DNA of 63,573 nt, counting the filler, from Aduncisulcus paluster (taxonomy: Eukaryota): the NCBI GenBank assembly GCA_024181965.1. It is 8 parts of 8 records of this genome, joined end to end, with 100 filler letters (N's around TTAATTAATTAA, not from the genome) between each part and the next. Parts side by side here need not be neighbours in the genome. Positions count along the whole stretch, not along the records: positions 8,955 to 17,119 come from BQXS01011205.1; positions 17,220 to 26,395 come from BQXS01011206.1; 6 more parts are not named here. One strand, 5' to 3'. The notes under the pieces were generated by a model that did not search any database, had not been told where the DNA came from, and saw nothing but the letters and a program-made list of their open reading frames with translations. Made by a program: the position numbers and the translations under genes. Positions 11,016 to 21,890 of this stretch are shown here, piece after piece. Position 1 is the stretch's first letter. Each line of letters begins with the position of its first letter.

Positions 11016-14000
11016 ATGGATAGAATATTGAGCCATTATTGCGGGCAGTTGTATTCTATCATATGCCGAGGCGTTGGCAAGTCGCGTGATTTGCCAACGC
11101 CTCGGCATATGATAGAAATCAACAACATTTGGTATGTTGCAACAATTTTGTTTAGAAGGTTTTATTCGTCATCTTTTGTAAGCTGCGAGTATCATGACCC
11201 TGCTGTTATGATACTCGCAGCTTACGAGCTTGCTTTGGCTAGGGTCGAAAACCCTGAAACATTTCACACCCTCATGAAAATAACAGAATACCAATTAACT
11301 AGAAGCCCTGAAGAATGTTGTAAAGTAATAACTCCCAAAATCCCGAGTTCAACGACTTCAGATTGGTCAGATGGTTTCCATGGGGTATCTCAAGGATCTT
11401 CTTTTGGAACAGCAATTTTTGAAAATACCTTGCCAATATATGGTCAATTTATAGAGTCACTCCCAAATAAGCTCTATTCACAGATTATTTCTGGAAAACA
11501 TCCAAAAATTAAGGAATTTGTTGAATCAGATCTCGTTCCGTTCACTCCTCAATCATTTTTATTATCTCTTCGACAGTTTTCTTTCCATCGAGGAATTCAG
11601 AAATTTTTTTCAACTGAGAAACAAATGAAACTTGTCGAAAAAGAATATTTTACATGCTATACAAACGAATTATTTGCTTCAATGACTCCAAAATCGGTGT
11701 TTCCGCCCAAACCTGATCAACCCTTGGATCAAGCTTCTTTTATCGGCAATAGTATCTCCAAAATCAAACAACTGACTTCATTTCCATCCCCTGTACTCGC
11801 CTCCATCGCTTGTCCCTGCGATATCTTTCGGTGTAAGCGTGAGACTGTCTTGGAGGCCTCGTTTTTACTCGGTACTGCACTTTCCTTCGACATTCCGACA
11901 ACCTTCCTCTTCAATATGATCCAACGTTTTGTCTCAAGTCTTATCACGTCTCTCAAACGTTTCATGCTTCTCTCAACAGCAGTTATCAAGCGTTGCCAGT
12001 CTTGTCCTTCCCTTGCGAAAGCTTACACTCGCATTGGGAATAATAGGAATATTCATGCCGGATCGCTCCAAGACATCAACACCATATTAAAGGCCATTCG
12101 AGATGATCCTAGTCATGATCTTGCAAAGCTTCCGATGCCCTATCAGTATTTAATTATTCCACTCGACGTTGCCAAGAGGTTTGAGGCTGGGATCTCTCCC
12201 TTCTTGCAGGACATGAAGAAAACAGGGATAAACATGAATGATTTAGCAGAGGGAATCGAATACGATGCTTCTTGTGTCGCTCGTGCCGTGCTCACATCCA
12301 CAAATATGGGTTGTATGCTTGATCCGTGGGATTTGGCAGTGTCGTGTGTTGTCTATGTTCTGATGGAAAGATCTAAGTGTAACGGAAAGTCATCAGAAAT
12401 CAAGAAAAGGAAGCCTCCATCATATGGAATGGGTTCGACCAAAGATTCTTCGTCTTCTTCAATGAAAAAGATCAAACAGGTAGCTAAGTCTCCTTCTCGA
12501 GTCGGTAAGCCTCCTAAAACCAATATTTCCAAGTCTTTTGTTATGAAAGAAGAAGAAGAAGAAAAGGAGGAGATGTATGATGTCAGTGATTCTCTTTTGA
12601 AAGATGTTCTGGGAGATGACAAGATACATGCTGATAGTACCTTGCAGAGCAAATCTGTGAGACAAGAAGTTTTATTGGCCGAGATGGATGAAATGTCTGA
12701 GTTATATCATGAAACAAAATGGAATATGAATTCCTTGTCCTCTTCTACACCACAATATATATCTGTTGTTGAGGAAAATATTCGTATTCTTCCTTCATCC
12801 GCACAATCACGATTGGCAGACGAAGTGTATCGTCTTAGGATAAAGAATTCTCACGATAGGAAACGAAAGATTGAGGAAAGGAAGAAGAATTTGTCTCTTC
12901 ACTCGTCTAGTTCTGTCTGCTCTGAAGAGAAGAACAAGGGAAATGGATTATTATCATGTCTTGGGATTCCTCAGCCGTCGAAACAAAAGATACCACTCGA
13001 ATATCCTTTCTCTGAACTCTATTCTGGATCAGATATCATCCTTCCACCCCCATTTCATACTTCTTCTCAACCATTCATCGATATTCCATCAAAATTTTCC
13101 TCTTCTTCCTCTTCTTCTCCTCCTCCGCCGGTGATTTCCTCTAGCATTGGCTGTGTTGGCTGGTTAACGAAGGAGAAAGAGAAGAATGGATTGAAAAAAT
13201 ATGAGGATTATTTGAAAGCTAATCCTGAAATAACTAAAGACGGTGTACCAACTCCAAAGAAACAAAAAGAAGAAATGAAGAAAGAGATTGAAATTGTGAA
13301 CAAAATGTTGGATTCTGACAGAAAATTGATAAACCCCAAATCTCTTCCTCCGTTTCTTTTGCCTGCTTCATGCGATCTTTTCTCGTTTCGACCTTCTCAG
13401 AAATTTATTAAGACCGAACTTTCAAGATTTAAAGAACTTCAGGCTGAACAATCAAAACGGCAATCAAAAGGACAATCGTCTTCAAGGCAGCAAGTATATG
13501 GAAAGAAAAATGGGGGAAATATGCCTAAATCTGGTAAAGTTGGAACTTCGTCAACTGGTTTAACTGCTTCAGACCCCCATTCTTTCCTGAATAATGCTGT
13601 TCAGGAATTTGGAGACTCCTGGTTCAAGGCGTTGAATGCTTTACATCAAGTTTTGCTGGACATTATTTTTGGGAAATTTGGAGAACCCATCAGAATTGAC
13701 CAGCCATTTGAATTTGTCTCGGGAGAAATCGAATCATATCTTTTCTCAGAGCAACCGATGACTCATATTGGTTGTTCACCACTGGCTCAGACCGAATCTC
13801 AGCTCAAAAAATTCAACTCATCGACTTTGAAAGAGAGTTCAAGTGTAAAGACCTTTGGTATTACAGATGCTGGAAATTCTGCCAATTATCTGAGTGATTA
13901 TAGTTCATTCGATACTATTCCCACCATGAGTCACGACTCTAGTCATATCTCATCCTTGGATATCTCTTCAGATATTCAGTGGAGAGGGGCTTTATTACGC

Positions 14001-14648
14001 CCCCAATCAATACCGATTGTACAATCAGTTGCAGTGAGAATGGGTGGTATCATTGGAGTCCTATGTATTCGAATGTTGATTAGTGGATCATCACAAATTG
14101 CAGAGATTTTGGGTGAAAATGTGGGGGAATTCATCAAAAATGGTTTGATGAATGAGTTATTCGTAGGAAATTCCCCAGAAAAAAAAGCTCTAAGGGAGGC
14201 CAGAAACAAATTATTTGAAACTCCAAAGCCTAACCCTCATCCATCTTCCACATTCCAAGGATCTTCTTCAGTCCATTCAACAGCTCCTGCAAAAAAGGAT
14301 AAACAGGATTCATTGTCATCAACATGGGGAGTTCCCAAGAAACACGCCTCTTCGATAACGGCAGGGAGTGGAAGACAGCCTCCAAGCAGTGGAAGACAGC
14401 CTCCAAGCAGTGGAAGACAGCCTCCAAGCAGTGCTGCTTCAAGTAGGTCACGTCAGTCTGCTAGCCGATCAACAACCCGTTTTGGATCAGGATTTGCATA
14501 TTCCCCAAGGGATAGGGGGAAAAGATCATATGACAAAAGGCCTTCGTATGACAACCGTTCAAGAAGTGGTCATCAATTCAATCGGGATGGTCATCAATTC
14601 AATCGGGATGGGAAAAGACGATATTCTCAGTCCAGTGGTTATAGATAA
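11016..14648 (+). CDS. Very large protein with a split transcription-type cyclin box (cyclin H/C/K/L/T-like) and a Ser/Arg-rich tail
   Basis: VATILFRRFY...YHDPAVMILAAYELALARVEN resembles cyclin box helices 2-3. VLEASFLLGTALSFDI resembles helix 5, ~190 aa later. The start is uncertain (ATG 11016). Confidence 0.6.
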   Translation: MDRILSHYCGQLYSIICRGVGKSRDLPTPRHMIEINNIWYVATILFRRFYSSSFVSCEYHDPAVMILAAYELALARVENPETFHTLMKITEYQLTRSPEECCKVITPKIPSSTTSDWSDGFHGVSQGSSFGTAIFENTLPIYGQFIESLPNKLYSQIISGKHPKIKEFVESDLVPFTPQSFLLSLRQFSFHRGIQKFFSTEKQMKLVEKEYFTCYTNELFASMTPKSVFPPKPDQPLDQASFIGNSISKIKQLTSFPSPVLASIACPCDIFRCKRETVLEASFLLGTALSFDIPTTFLFNMIQRFVSSLITSLKRFMLLSTAVIKRCQSCPSLAKAYTRIGNNRNIHAGSLQDINTILKAIRDDPSHDLAKLPMPYQYLIIPLDVAKRFEAGISPFLQDMKKTGINMNDLAEGIEYDASCVARAVLTSTNMGCMLDPWDLAVSCVVYVLMERSKCNGKSSEIKKRKPPSYGMGSTKDSSSSSMKKIKQVAKSPSRVGKPPKTNISKSFVMKEEEEEKEEMYDVSDSLLKDVLGDDKIHADSTLQSKSVRQEVLLAEMDEMSELYHETKWNMNSLSSSTPQYISVVEENIRILPSSAQSRLADEVYRLRIKNSHDRKRKIEERKKNLSLHSSSSVCSEEKNKGNGLLSCLGIPQPSKQKIPLEYPFSELYSGSDIILPPPFHTSSQPFIDIPSKFSSSSSSSPPPPVISSSIGCVGWLTKEKEKNGLKKYEDYLKANPEITKDGVPTPKKQKEEMKKEIEIVNKMLDSDRKLINPKSLPPFLLPASCDLFSFRPSQKFIKTELSRFKELQAEQSKRQSKGQSSSRQQVYGKKNGGNMPKSGKVGTSSTGLTASDPHSFLNNAVQEFGDSWFKALNALHQVLLDIIFGKFGEPIRIDQPFEFVSGEIESYLFSEQPMTHIGCSPLAQTESQLKKFNSSTLKESSSVKTFGITDAGNSANYLSDYSSFDTIPTMSHDSSHISSLDISSDIQWRGALLRPQSIPIVQSVAVRMGGIIGVLCIRMLISGSSQIAEILGENVGEFIKNGLMNELFVGNSPEKKALREARNKLFETPKPNPHPSSTFQGSSSVHSTAPAKKDKQDSLSSTWGVPKKHASSITAGSGRQPPSSGRQPPSSGRQPPSSAASSRSRQSASRSTTRFGSGFAYSPRDRGKRSYDKRPSYDNRSRSGHQFNRDGHQFNRDGKRRYSQSSGYR
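14367..14429 (+). repeat. 21-bp tandem repeat x3 (encodes SGRQPPS); a second 21-bp unit x2 at 14568-14609 (GHQFNRD)
   Basis: AGTGGAAGACAGCCTCCAAGC x3 exact; GGTCATCAATTCAATCGGGAT x2 exact. Confidence 0.95.
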
Positions 14649-15018
14649 CAACATCGTGTTACAACAAGATGCTGATCATGACGGTGTAAGTTTCTCAATT
14701 GAAAACGTTGCCAAATTTACTTGTTAAAATAAATCAATCTCGGAATCAGTTTTGGTTTCGCCACAACGGTATTGAAGATATCAATTTGAAGATATCAATA
14801 GGCCGTCGTGGGGTCGGAAAAAGGTTATGAGGAGGAGGAAGAGCACTCCTCTTTGACCATCCAAAAGGATTGCCAATAAGAGTTTGATTATCACTTTATT
14901 TTTTTACGAAATTTATCATATATACCAGTAAAACAGTGTAATTGAAGTATTTAAAGTCAAAGACAACACTCATTCCATCTTCTATCGCAAGAATACATTG
15001 TAAATGAATATCATTATT

Positions 15019-17119
15019 TTAATAAATAATATTAAATATAATAACATGATAATGCCATTCATCTACATGGCCAGAACCAACCTTTCCAATTTCACCCATT
15101 CCACACACCTCACAAGTCTCTCCTGAGATTTTCTCAGAATACCAAGCTCCACAGCATCCACATTGAACACCGTGAGAAGGGGAAAGCACGTCAAATGTCT
15201 TCATACAGACCTTCTGAGGTGTTAACAGGCCAACATTATATCCACTATCGAGAGTGTCGTCTTTACCCTGTGAACCCAGTCTGACCTTCTCAGCCCTCTC
15301 ATGATCCTTCTTACCAGGTGCCAATGAGAGTAACATTTGGGCCAGATCAGAAGCTGTCTTGAAATTCTTTGCTTTGTAGTGTTTCATCATAGCCGCCTTC
15401 ACACACAAAATACGGTGATTCTTCTGAAGAGGGAGCAAGGCAGAATAACTTGACAACCGTAACATGACCTCGGCACTCAGATCAGCAGTTTGTCTGATAA
15501 GGGCTTGGATATACATGGCGACTGTATATAATTTGATGGCAGAAATATACTCTTGACATTTCTGAAGGACTCCAACATCTCCAAGAGGCTTTTCTCCTTT
15601 ATCTTTCTCTGCAGACACATACTCTCGGGAAGCAAGAACAAACATACAGCGTTTGAGAGCAACAGAGAAAACTTCATGAATATCCTTGAATTTGCCCTTT
15701 GTAAAACGTTGTTGGAGAGTGTTCACTGATTCCTCAAGACTCTTATATCCTTGCCAATACTCAAGAGATTCATAAGATCACCAATAAGAGACACAAGCAT
15801 GTCGGAAGGTATTTTCAGAGAAAGTGTATGTGAGAGGGAGTTTCCAAATGCAGGAGGAACAAACTCATCAACAGGTCCAATAATAGCTTCCTTCTCAGCC
15901 TCAACATGATCTCTCTGAGCCTCATCAAGGGAGGGAAGGTCGGCATCATCATCCTCTTCCCATCCTCCCTCTTCATCATCTTCTTCCTCGGCCTTCACTG
16001 GCTTCTTTTTGGCAGCCTTGGTTGGAGCTAGAATATCATCATCTTCATCCCATCCCCCTTCTCCGGCACTCTCTTCTTCTTCGGCGGTCTCCTTCTCCTC
16101 ACTCTCAGAGGCACCAACGGTCAACCCACCAACACAACTCAAGTCAATGCCACCACTCTCACGCAACAAGGGCCAGTCGCTCTCTCTGAGATGGGTAGGG
16201 GCCAATCTATCGGACAAAGATGCAGCGAGAGAAAGCGGTGTGGCCTTCATTGAACGAAGTGAAGGGTGGGTGAGAGAGAATTCAGAGGAATCGGCCTTTT
16301 CATCGGAGGAATCGGCTCTCATCTTCTTCATTGCATCCACACATTCTTGGATGGATATCTTCTTACCCTTGATGAACAGATCCTTCTTCTTCCCCTTTTT
16401 GCGGGCAAGGATACTCTCCCCAAGCTCAATGCCTCTCTCAAAGTCATTGCCCATATACGCAGCCACGAGAGCAGCACGAGAGAGCTTAGCATCGACAAGA
16501 ACACTGACTCTGTCTTGCACTGAACCACTCAGGAGGGACGAGTGTAACTTGGCAGATGGTGGAAGAGGCAGAGAGTATTCATCAGATTCATTGATAGTGC
16601 CATCGTCTTGACGGAGAGTGGAAACACTGAAGAGTCACCGGAGAGAGCACCAACCATCAGTAAACACTGAACAATATCCTTCCACACACGACGTTTCTCA
16701 GCAGAGTCCTTAATACGACTTAATAGAGAGTGTGCACGGAGAGCAGCTCGTTTGGAGGTCAACAGTGAACATGATTGTCTGGACACAGTGGAGATCAGAA
16801 GGAATATCTCAGCACACTCGAGGAGATCGGTTGATAAAGAAAGAGTGGATGTGTTGGAGGTAATGGTTGATGAGGAGGAAAGCTTCAGCTTGTGCATTTC
16901 CTGTTCATGGGCACGCTCGGCGGCTTGAACACGTTTCTCAGCCTCTTGCATAGCAATCCCAAAATCACGAACTTTCAGGGCCAATTTTAATTTGGTCTTC
17001 CCAGTGGCAAAAGCAAGCCCAAGATCAGGTCTCTTCTTTGCCATGAAATAGCGGAGAATAACAGTTCCCAAAGCAGCCTTTTTAGCCCGACCAGCCAGTT
17101 TGATCACGTCTGATGTCCT
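15019..17119 (-). CDS. COPA: Coatomer subunit alpha, C-terminal half; 5'-truncated by the contig end, with two apparent frameshifts
   Basis: Three consecutive ORFs carry alpha-COP motifs in order: LGTVILRYFMAKKRPDLGLAF; GSVQDRVSVL; DWPLL; acidic GWDEDDD; FTKGKF; LQKNHRIL...KNFKTA; CGCCGAWY...CEVC...IGK. Confidence 0.85.
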
Positions 17120-17220
17120 NNNNNNNNNNNNNNNNNNNNNNNNNNNNNNNNNNNNNNNNNNNNTTAATTAATTAANNNNNNNNNNNNNNNNNNNNNNNNN
17201 NNNNNNNNNNNNNNNNNNNA

Positions 17221-18852
17221 TTAGAGAAGGCAAAACAACAATCGGTTCATCCTCAACTTTCTCAAGAGACAGAATTAGATACATTCGATCCTTTTGATAT
17301 TGAAACAAAGAAAGAAGGTAAGGTAGAAGGTAAGGTAGAAGAAGAAGAAGAAGAAGAAGAAGAAGAAGAAGAAGAAGAAGAGGAGGAGGAGGAGGATGCG
17401 ATTGAAGTTGAGAATGCACGCAGACAATGGGAAGAAATGAAGAGCAAGATGGCTCTCTCTTCATCCATTCCCTTCCCAGCAAAGTATGGAACGATCTTAA
17501 GGATTCTCAGAACCCCCATGTTTATCTCATCGTGCCATAAATCCATTGTTGTGTGCTCTGACGATGATTCTGATGATTTAGATTGGATTGATACTTGTCT
17601 TGCCGTTTCATCTTTTTCTTTTCCGCATACGGGAGGGTCAGAACTCGATGTTTCTTCACCACCACCTTTGTTTCCACTGCCGATCACAGTATCGCTTGAA
17701 GATATCAATGTCTCCGCTCCTTCTCTCCATCCTGAATTCCTTTCTCGATGCCGGTCCCTGTATCTCAGTCGACTATTGACTCAAAACCTGAGACAACTCA
17801 TTATTCACCCCTCAGCCGCGGCAGTCACAGCTTCCACGGTCCTTCGCAAACGATTGCAATTTATCAAGGTCTTATCGAATACTCTGTCTAAATGGGGCTG
17901 TGAAGATCATATTAAACCCCATGGGTCATCCCTTTCCCCTCATTTCCCATCTGCCTCTTCGCCTTCTCTCTCTCCATTAAGTCGATCATCTGCCCCGAGT
18001 TCCAAGGTCTTCCCAAGGTCTCCATTCTCATCTTCAGGGTCTGTTTCCTCCCCTTCTTTCCCAAGCAATCGTCATAGTCCACATAGGAAGATGTTTGAGT
18101 CATATGCTGGAGACAGGGAGGATCTTGAGTTTCCGGCAAGATCTAATTCTTTGTTCTCTGTATCTGGCGGTTCATCGCCATTCGAGGCCGAAAATATTTC
18201 GGGAAAAGGAAGAGCTCCGACTTCTTTGTTCGAGCATTTATATGTCAGTGTTCGCGATATGAAACTCAAGGTACAAGAATTGAATGAACAAGTAATCGAA
18301 GACTCAAAGTTATTCGAAGCAAGAAAGGCAGAAATATTGACAAAAATAGATCATTGTGAGCGAATTGAGAAAGATCTTAAGAAAAAGGTTGAGGAAGTCG
18401 AAACAGAATTTTTGGGATCATCAAAATCGTCGATTGATATTTCTTTGTGTGACAGAGCTTCGATTTCTTCATCCTCTTCTGAATCTGAATTGTCCAAAAC
18501 TTTCTCAAAAAAATCTATAAATATCCCTTCGACTTCTACTCTATCCAATCCCAAGAGCTCAGTGATGGCCAAGATTAATTCCTATATCAATGAATGCGCT
18601 CTTGATGAGGCTGAAGAGGAAGTGTGTGAGGTCATTTGTCAGTCAATTGGGGCTGAAATCCGGGATTATCTATGTGATTTTAGGGGGAAATTATCCGAAC
18701 ATTTCAAAACTTGTGCACAACCGACGTGTGTTGATGGATCTTATCTGGATGTGCAAAAAGAAATGGATTTCCTCTTGTCTTCTCTTGAACACCTTAGTGA
18801 CGCCGAAGTTTGTTCTTTCTTGTGCTCTTCTACTCGATTTGACAAAGAATGA
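17221..18852 (+). CDS. Hypothetical Ser-rich/coiled-coil protein, 5'-truncated
   Basis: The frame of ORF 17437-18852 stays open back to the contig edge (LEKAKQQ...), through a poly-Glu tract at ~17338-17394. Confidence 0.7.
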   Translation, partial: LEKAKQQSVHPQLSQETELDTFDPFDIETKKEGKVEGKVEEEEEEEEEEEEEEEEEEEDAIEVENARRQWEEMKSKMALSSSIPFPAKYGTILRILRTPMFISSCHKSIVVCSDDDSDDLDWIDTCLAVSSFSFPHTGGSELDVSSPPPLFPLPITVSLEDINVSAPSLHPEFLSRCRSLYLSRLLTQNLRQLIIHPSAAAVTASTVLRKRLQFIKVLSNTLSKWGCEDHIKPHGSSLSPHFPSASSPSLSPLSRSSAPSSKVFPRSPFSSSGSVSSPSFPSNRHSPHRKMFESYAGDREDLEFPARSNSLFSVSGGSSPFEAENISGKGRAPTSLFEHLYVSVRDMKLKVQELNEQVIEDSKLFEARKAEILTKIDHCERIEKDLKKKVEEVETEFLGSSKSSIDISLCDRASISSSSSESELSKTFSKKSINIPSTSTLSNPKSSVMAKINSYINECALDEAEEEVCEVICQSIGAEIRDYLCDFRGKLSEHFKTCAQPTCVDGSYLDVQKEMDFLLSSLEHLSDAEVCSFLCSSTRFDKE

Positions 18853-19090
18853 AAATCTTGGTGAGAATTTTTTTATGTTCGAACTCAATTTATTGTGATG
18901 TCGAAAGAAGATATTTACCAGATCTTGACATTTTATTTAGGTATCCAAGAACTTCAACACATATCGTTTGTACGTATTTTTAGGAACAAATAGGACAAAT
19001 TAAGTCCATAAATAATGAATATTTCATATATTTAATCTTTAAATTATTATTTTAGACAATATAAAAGACAGAATTTAGCCAATAAACTAT

Positions 19091-20026
19091 TCACATATGA
19101 TCAATTGAGCTCGAGACCTTGTAGTATCTTTCTTTTCCATATTTCTGTCTCATAGCATTCAATTTGCAACTGTTATACTTTCTTATGGTATTTTCAATGA
19201 GTTTTACACACTCAGAGAGGTCAGATTCAGAATATCCAGAATAATGGCGTAAAGTATGGCTCCATGGTTTTTCCATTCTCGCAAGTTTATGACTGAGGAG
19301 GACACAACTTGCAGCTACCATTGACGGAGCAAAAGATAGTAATTTGTACTCGATTTGGGAGAGTTCAGCCAAATAGAAACTCAAATAACGATCACGGTTT
19401 GACATTCCAGCTATACGAGCATAACGACGTAAAAAGGTGATGGAAGTTGGATTTGAGAGTTGGAATTTCAATGTATTCAAGACAACTTTTTCCATCTCCA
19501 AAAGTTCACGCCTTCTGTAAGTCTGACCGCTCATATAAAGGAAAGTTTTCACACAGGGAGTGTAACTCTCTTCAAATTTTGAAGCAATCAATAAACAAGC
19601 GATTCCAACAAGTTGGAGCTGAGACTTGGCAATCTTTTTCTTGGCAAGAAATCTGTCAATGATTGTGACAGCATGAAAGAAGGATTCATTTGCAAGTTTA
19701 AGCCTTGTATGAACTTCAGAGATCCAATCAACGAGAACACTCCTCATTTTGGATGTAATTTCAGTCTGAGCAGTGGCCAGGTATCCAGGAGGTGGAGCGA
19801 ACTTCATCTCTTGCTCCAAAAGATACGCATAAATTTCTTTAACATACTCCGCAACCGCTTGAGGATTGTCCCTATCAACCATGTCAATATCTTGAATTGA
19901 TTCTTGGACGGAAATAGATGACGCACTAGCAATAATCTTCTTCTTATCTGTTATTGAAGTTAAAACGTTATGAGACTCATATTTTCTCTCCCCCAAGATG
20001 CTTGGAAATTTAACAACTGATGCCAT
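19091..20026 (-). CDS. Mitotic B-type (A/B) cyclin, 311 aa
   Basis: EYVKEIYAYL, MRSVLVDW, IIDRFL, LQLVGIACLLIASKFEE, FLRRY and KYGKERY are all present; ATG at 20026. Confidence 0.92.
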   Translation of the reverse strand: MASVVKFPSILGERKYESHNVLTSITDKKKIIASASSISVQESIQDIDMVDRDNPQAVAEYVKEIYAYLLEQEMKFAPPPGYLATAQTEITSKMRSVLVDWISEVHTRLKLANESFFHAVTIIDRFLAKKKIAKSQLQLVGIACLLIASKFEESYTPCVKTFLYMSGQTYRRRELLEMEKVVLNTLKFQLSNPTSITFLRRYARIAGMSNRDRYLSFYLAELSQIEYKLLSFAPSMVAASCVLLSHKLARMEKPWSHTLRHYSGYSESDLSECVKLIENTIRKYNSCKLNAMRQKYGKERYYKVSSSIDHM

Positions 20027-20291
20027 TATCAGATATATTATAAAATTCTGCCAAAAAACCCAACGAAAACTTTTCAAGTTCAAAAACTGGGATTACATGA
20101 GTTAATCCAGAAATAAATAGGAAATCTTCCAATAAAAAGGCAAAAAAATTTTATTGCACAGTAATACTATGATATATTTGCATATTATCACACCCAATGG
20201 AAAAGGTCAATTTACTTGTCAATTTGAATCGAAATAAAACATTAACTATCATATACACTCATATAATATACATGTAAAATTGATTTAACTT

Positions 20292-21557
20292 TTATCTTTG
20301 CTCCATTTTCTTGTCCTCTTCCAGAAAGTCACTATAATCCCTTCGTTTAATATAAGGCTCTTTTATCCCATATAAAGAACAAGCATTAATGATTGATGTT
20401 TCAGATAGATCAAAATCAAACATTTCACCTTGAATATCGAAAGTTACAGAACCTTTGAGTCCAGTTTGCCTTTGAAGCGATTTTGAAGTGAACTTGGAAT
20501 CACAATACAAAGCAGGGCGACCAATAGCCACAAATATAGATTCATAGATATTATCCTCATCCGATGGGTCATCTTGATCAATTCCAATATCTTCAAGATG
20601 GGTTGGAACATATTTGACATAAGAATCGGCGATCACTTCTTCTCTTTGGCGGGCTTTCAACCCTAATATTTTATATATTTCCTCTGCATCTTCATATGTA
20701 ACTGTAACTAAACTTAAATCTCCACTTTTCACAAGTGAAGCCAGATCAAAAACATTCTCAACAGATTGTCCATAATCATTTGGATTTAGAACTAAATGTG
20801 ACATTGGAATAGGCACTCTATGTTTAAAATAAATATCTAATACTTGTTTCTTCATTGCTTCTTGTCGACGCATAACTCCAGTGGCATTATCAACCGTTTC
20901 AGCCGTCTTCGCAAATTCGACAATACCATCATCAAGAAGCTTTTCTTTCTTTTTGCGTTGTATTTGTTTCCTTGGTTTAGGTTTTGCTTGAGTTGATATT
21001 AATACGGGACGTAATGAAGATAGTTGTACAGCTTCCTGGGAAATACATGAAAAAAACCGTCCAACTGTAGCAAAATCAATAGTTGTTTGNNNNNNNNNNN
21101 NNNNNNNNNGTTTAAAATAAATATCTAATACTTGTTTCTTCATTGCTTCTTGTCGACGCATAACTCCAGTGGCATTATCAACCGTTTCAGCCGTCTTCGC
21201 AAATTCGACAATACCATCATCAAGAAGCTTTTCTTTCTTTTTGCGTTGTATTTGTTTCTTTGGTTTAGGTTTTGCTTGAGTTGATATTAATACGGGACGT
21301 AATGAAGATAGTTGTACAGCTTCCTGGGAAATACATGAAAAAAACCGTCCAACTGTAGCAAAATCAATAGTTGTTTGTTGCCTTTCTGATTTTCCAACTG
21401 GTTTTTTCCCACAAATAATAGCCAAAACGTCTGCAGGATCAACCCTCCCTTTTCCACTTGTTTCAAGGATCCTTTTTCTTAATTTGTTAGAATCAAGTGA
21501 AAGCTTTTGTGATTTTTCATGATATTGTAAGGTAGAATCATCATCACGTCCCTCCAT
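20292..21557 (-). CDS. NSE4: Nse4/EID3-like kleisin of the SMC5/6 complex (~325 aa after overlap removal)
   Basis: LVLNPNDYGQSVENVFDLASLVKSG matches the Nse4 C-terminal motif (NPxSFGQTVENLFxxSFLxxxG), preceded by a basic patch. 20822-21089 is duplicated at 21110-21377 across the gap. Confidence 0.75.
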   Translation of the reverse strand: MEGRDDDSTLQYHEKSQKLSLDSNKLRKRILETSGKGRVDPADVLAIICGKKPVGKSERQQTTIDFATVGRFFSCISQEAVQLSSLRPVLISTQAKPKPKKQIQRKKKEKLLDDGIVEFAKTAETVDNATGVMRRQEAMKKQVLDIYFKXXXXXXXQTTIDFATVGRFFSCISQEAVQLSSLRPVLISTQAKPKPRKQIQRKKKEKLLDDGIVEFAKTAETVDNATGVMRRQEAMKKQVLDIYFKHRVPIPMSHLVLNPNDYGQSVENVFDLASLVKSGDLSLVTVTYEDAEEIYKILGLKARQREEVIADSYVKYVPTHLEDIGIDQDDPSDEDNIYESIFVAIGRPALYCDSKFTSKSLQRQTGLKGSVTFDIQGEMFDFDLSETSIINACSLYGIKEPYIKRRDYSDFLEEDKKMEQR

Positions 21558-21890
21558 TTCCACGAAAACTGTAGTAAAAAATCGAGGGATTAGAATCACA
21601 AAAATTAAGAATCAAACGACTAATTTTTGAAAAGATCTCAAGTAATAATCAATAAATCATATAACGAAATATTATTCTAATTTATTGGTAAGGAGATAGT
21701 TATAAAAGGAGGCTTGCCTACATCTTACGAATAAAATGATCATTAGCATGCATCAGTGACTGAGTGAAGGTCAAGTGGTTCATCGCCGACAAGGATGGGG
21801 AGAGAGATCGGTTCAACCGATTCGAACTTGAAGTTGAGATAACTATTCTTTTGTTGAACATACGTAAACAAGCTACATGAGATCAACCAA

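Noticed and set aside
16605..16640. 32-nt GT...AG mini-intron to explain the COPA frameshift
   Set aside because: The donor is GTGACT, the sequence is GC-rich and coding-like, and it is unlike the four supported introns.
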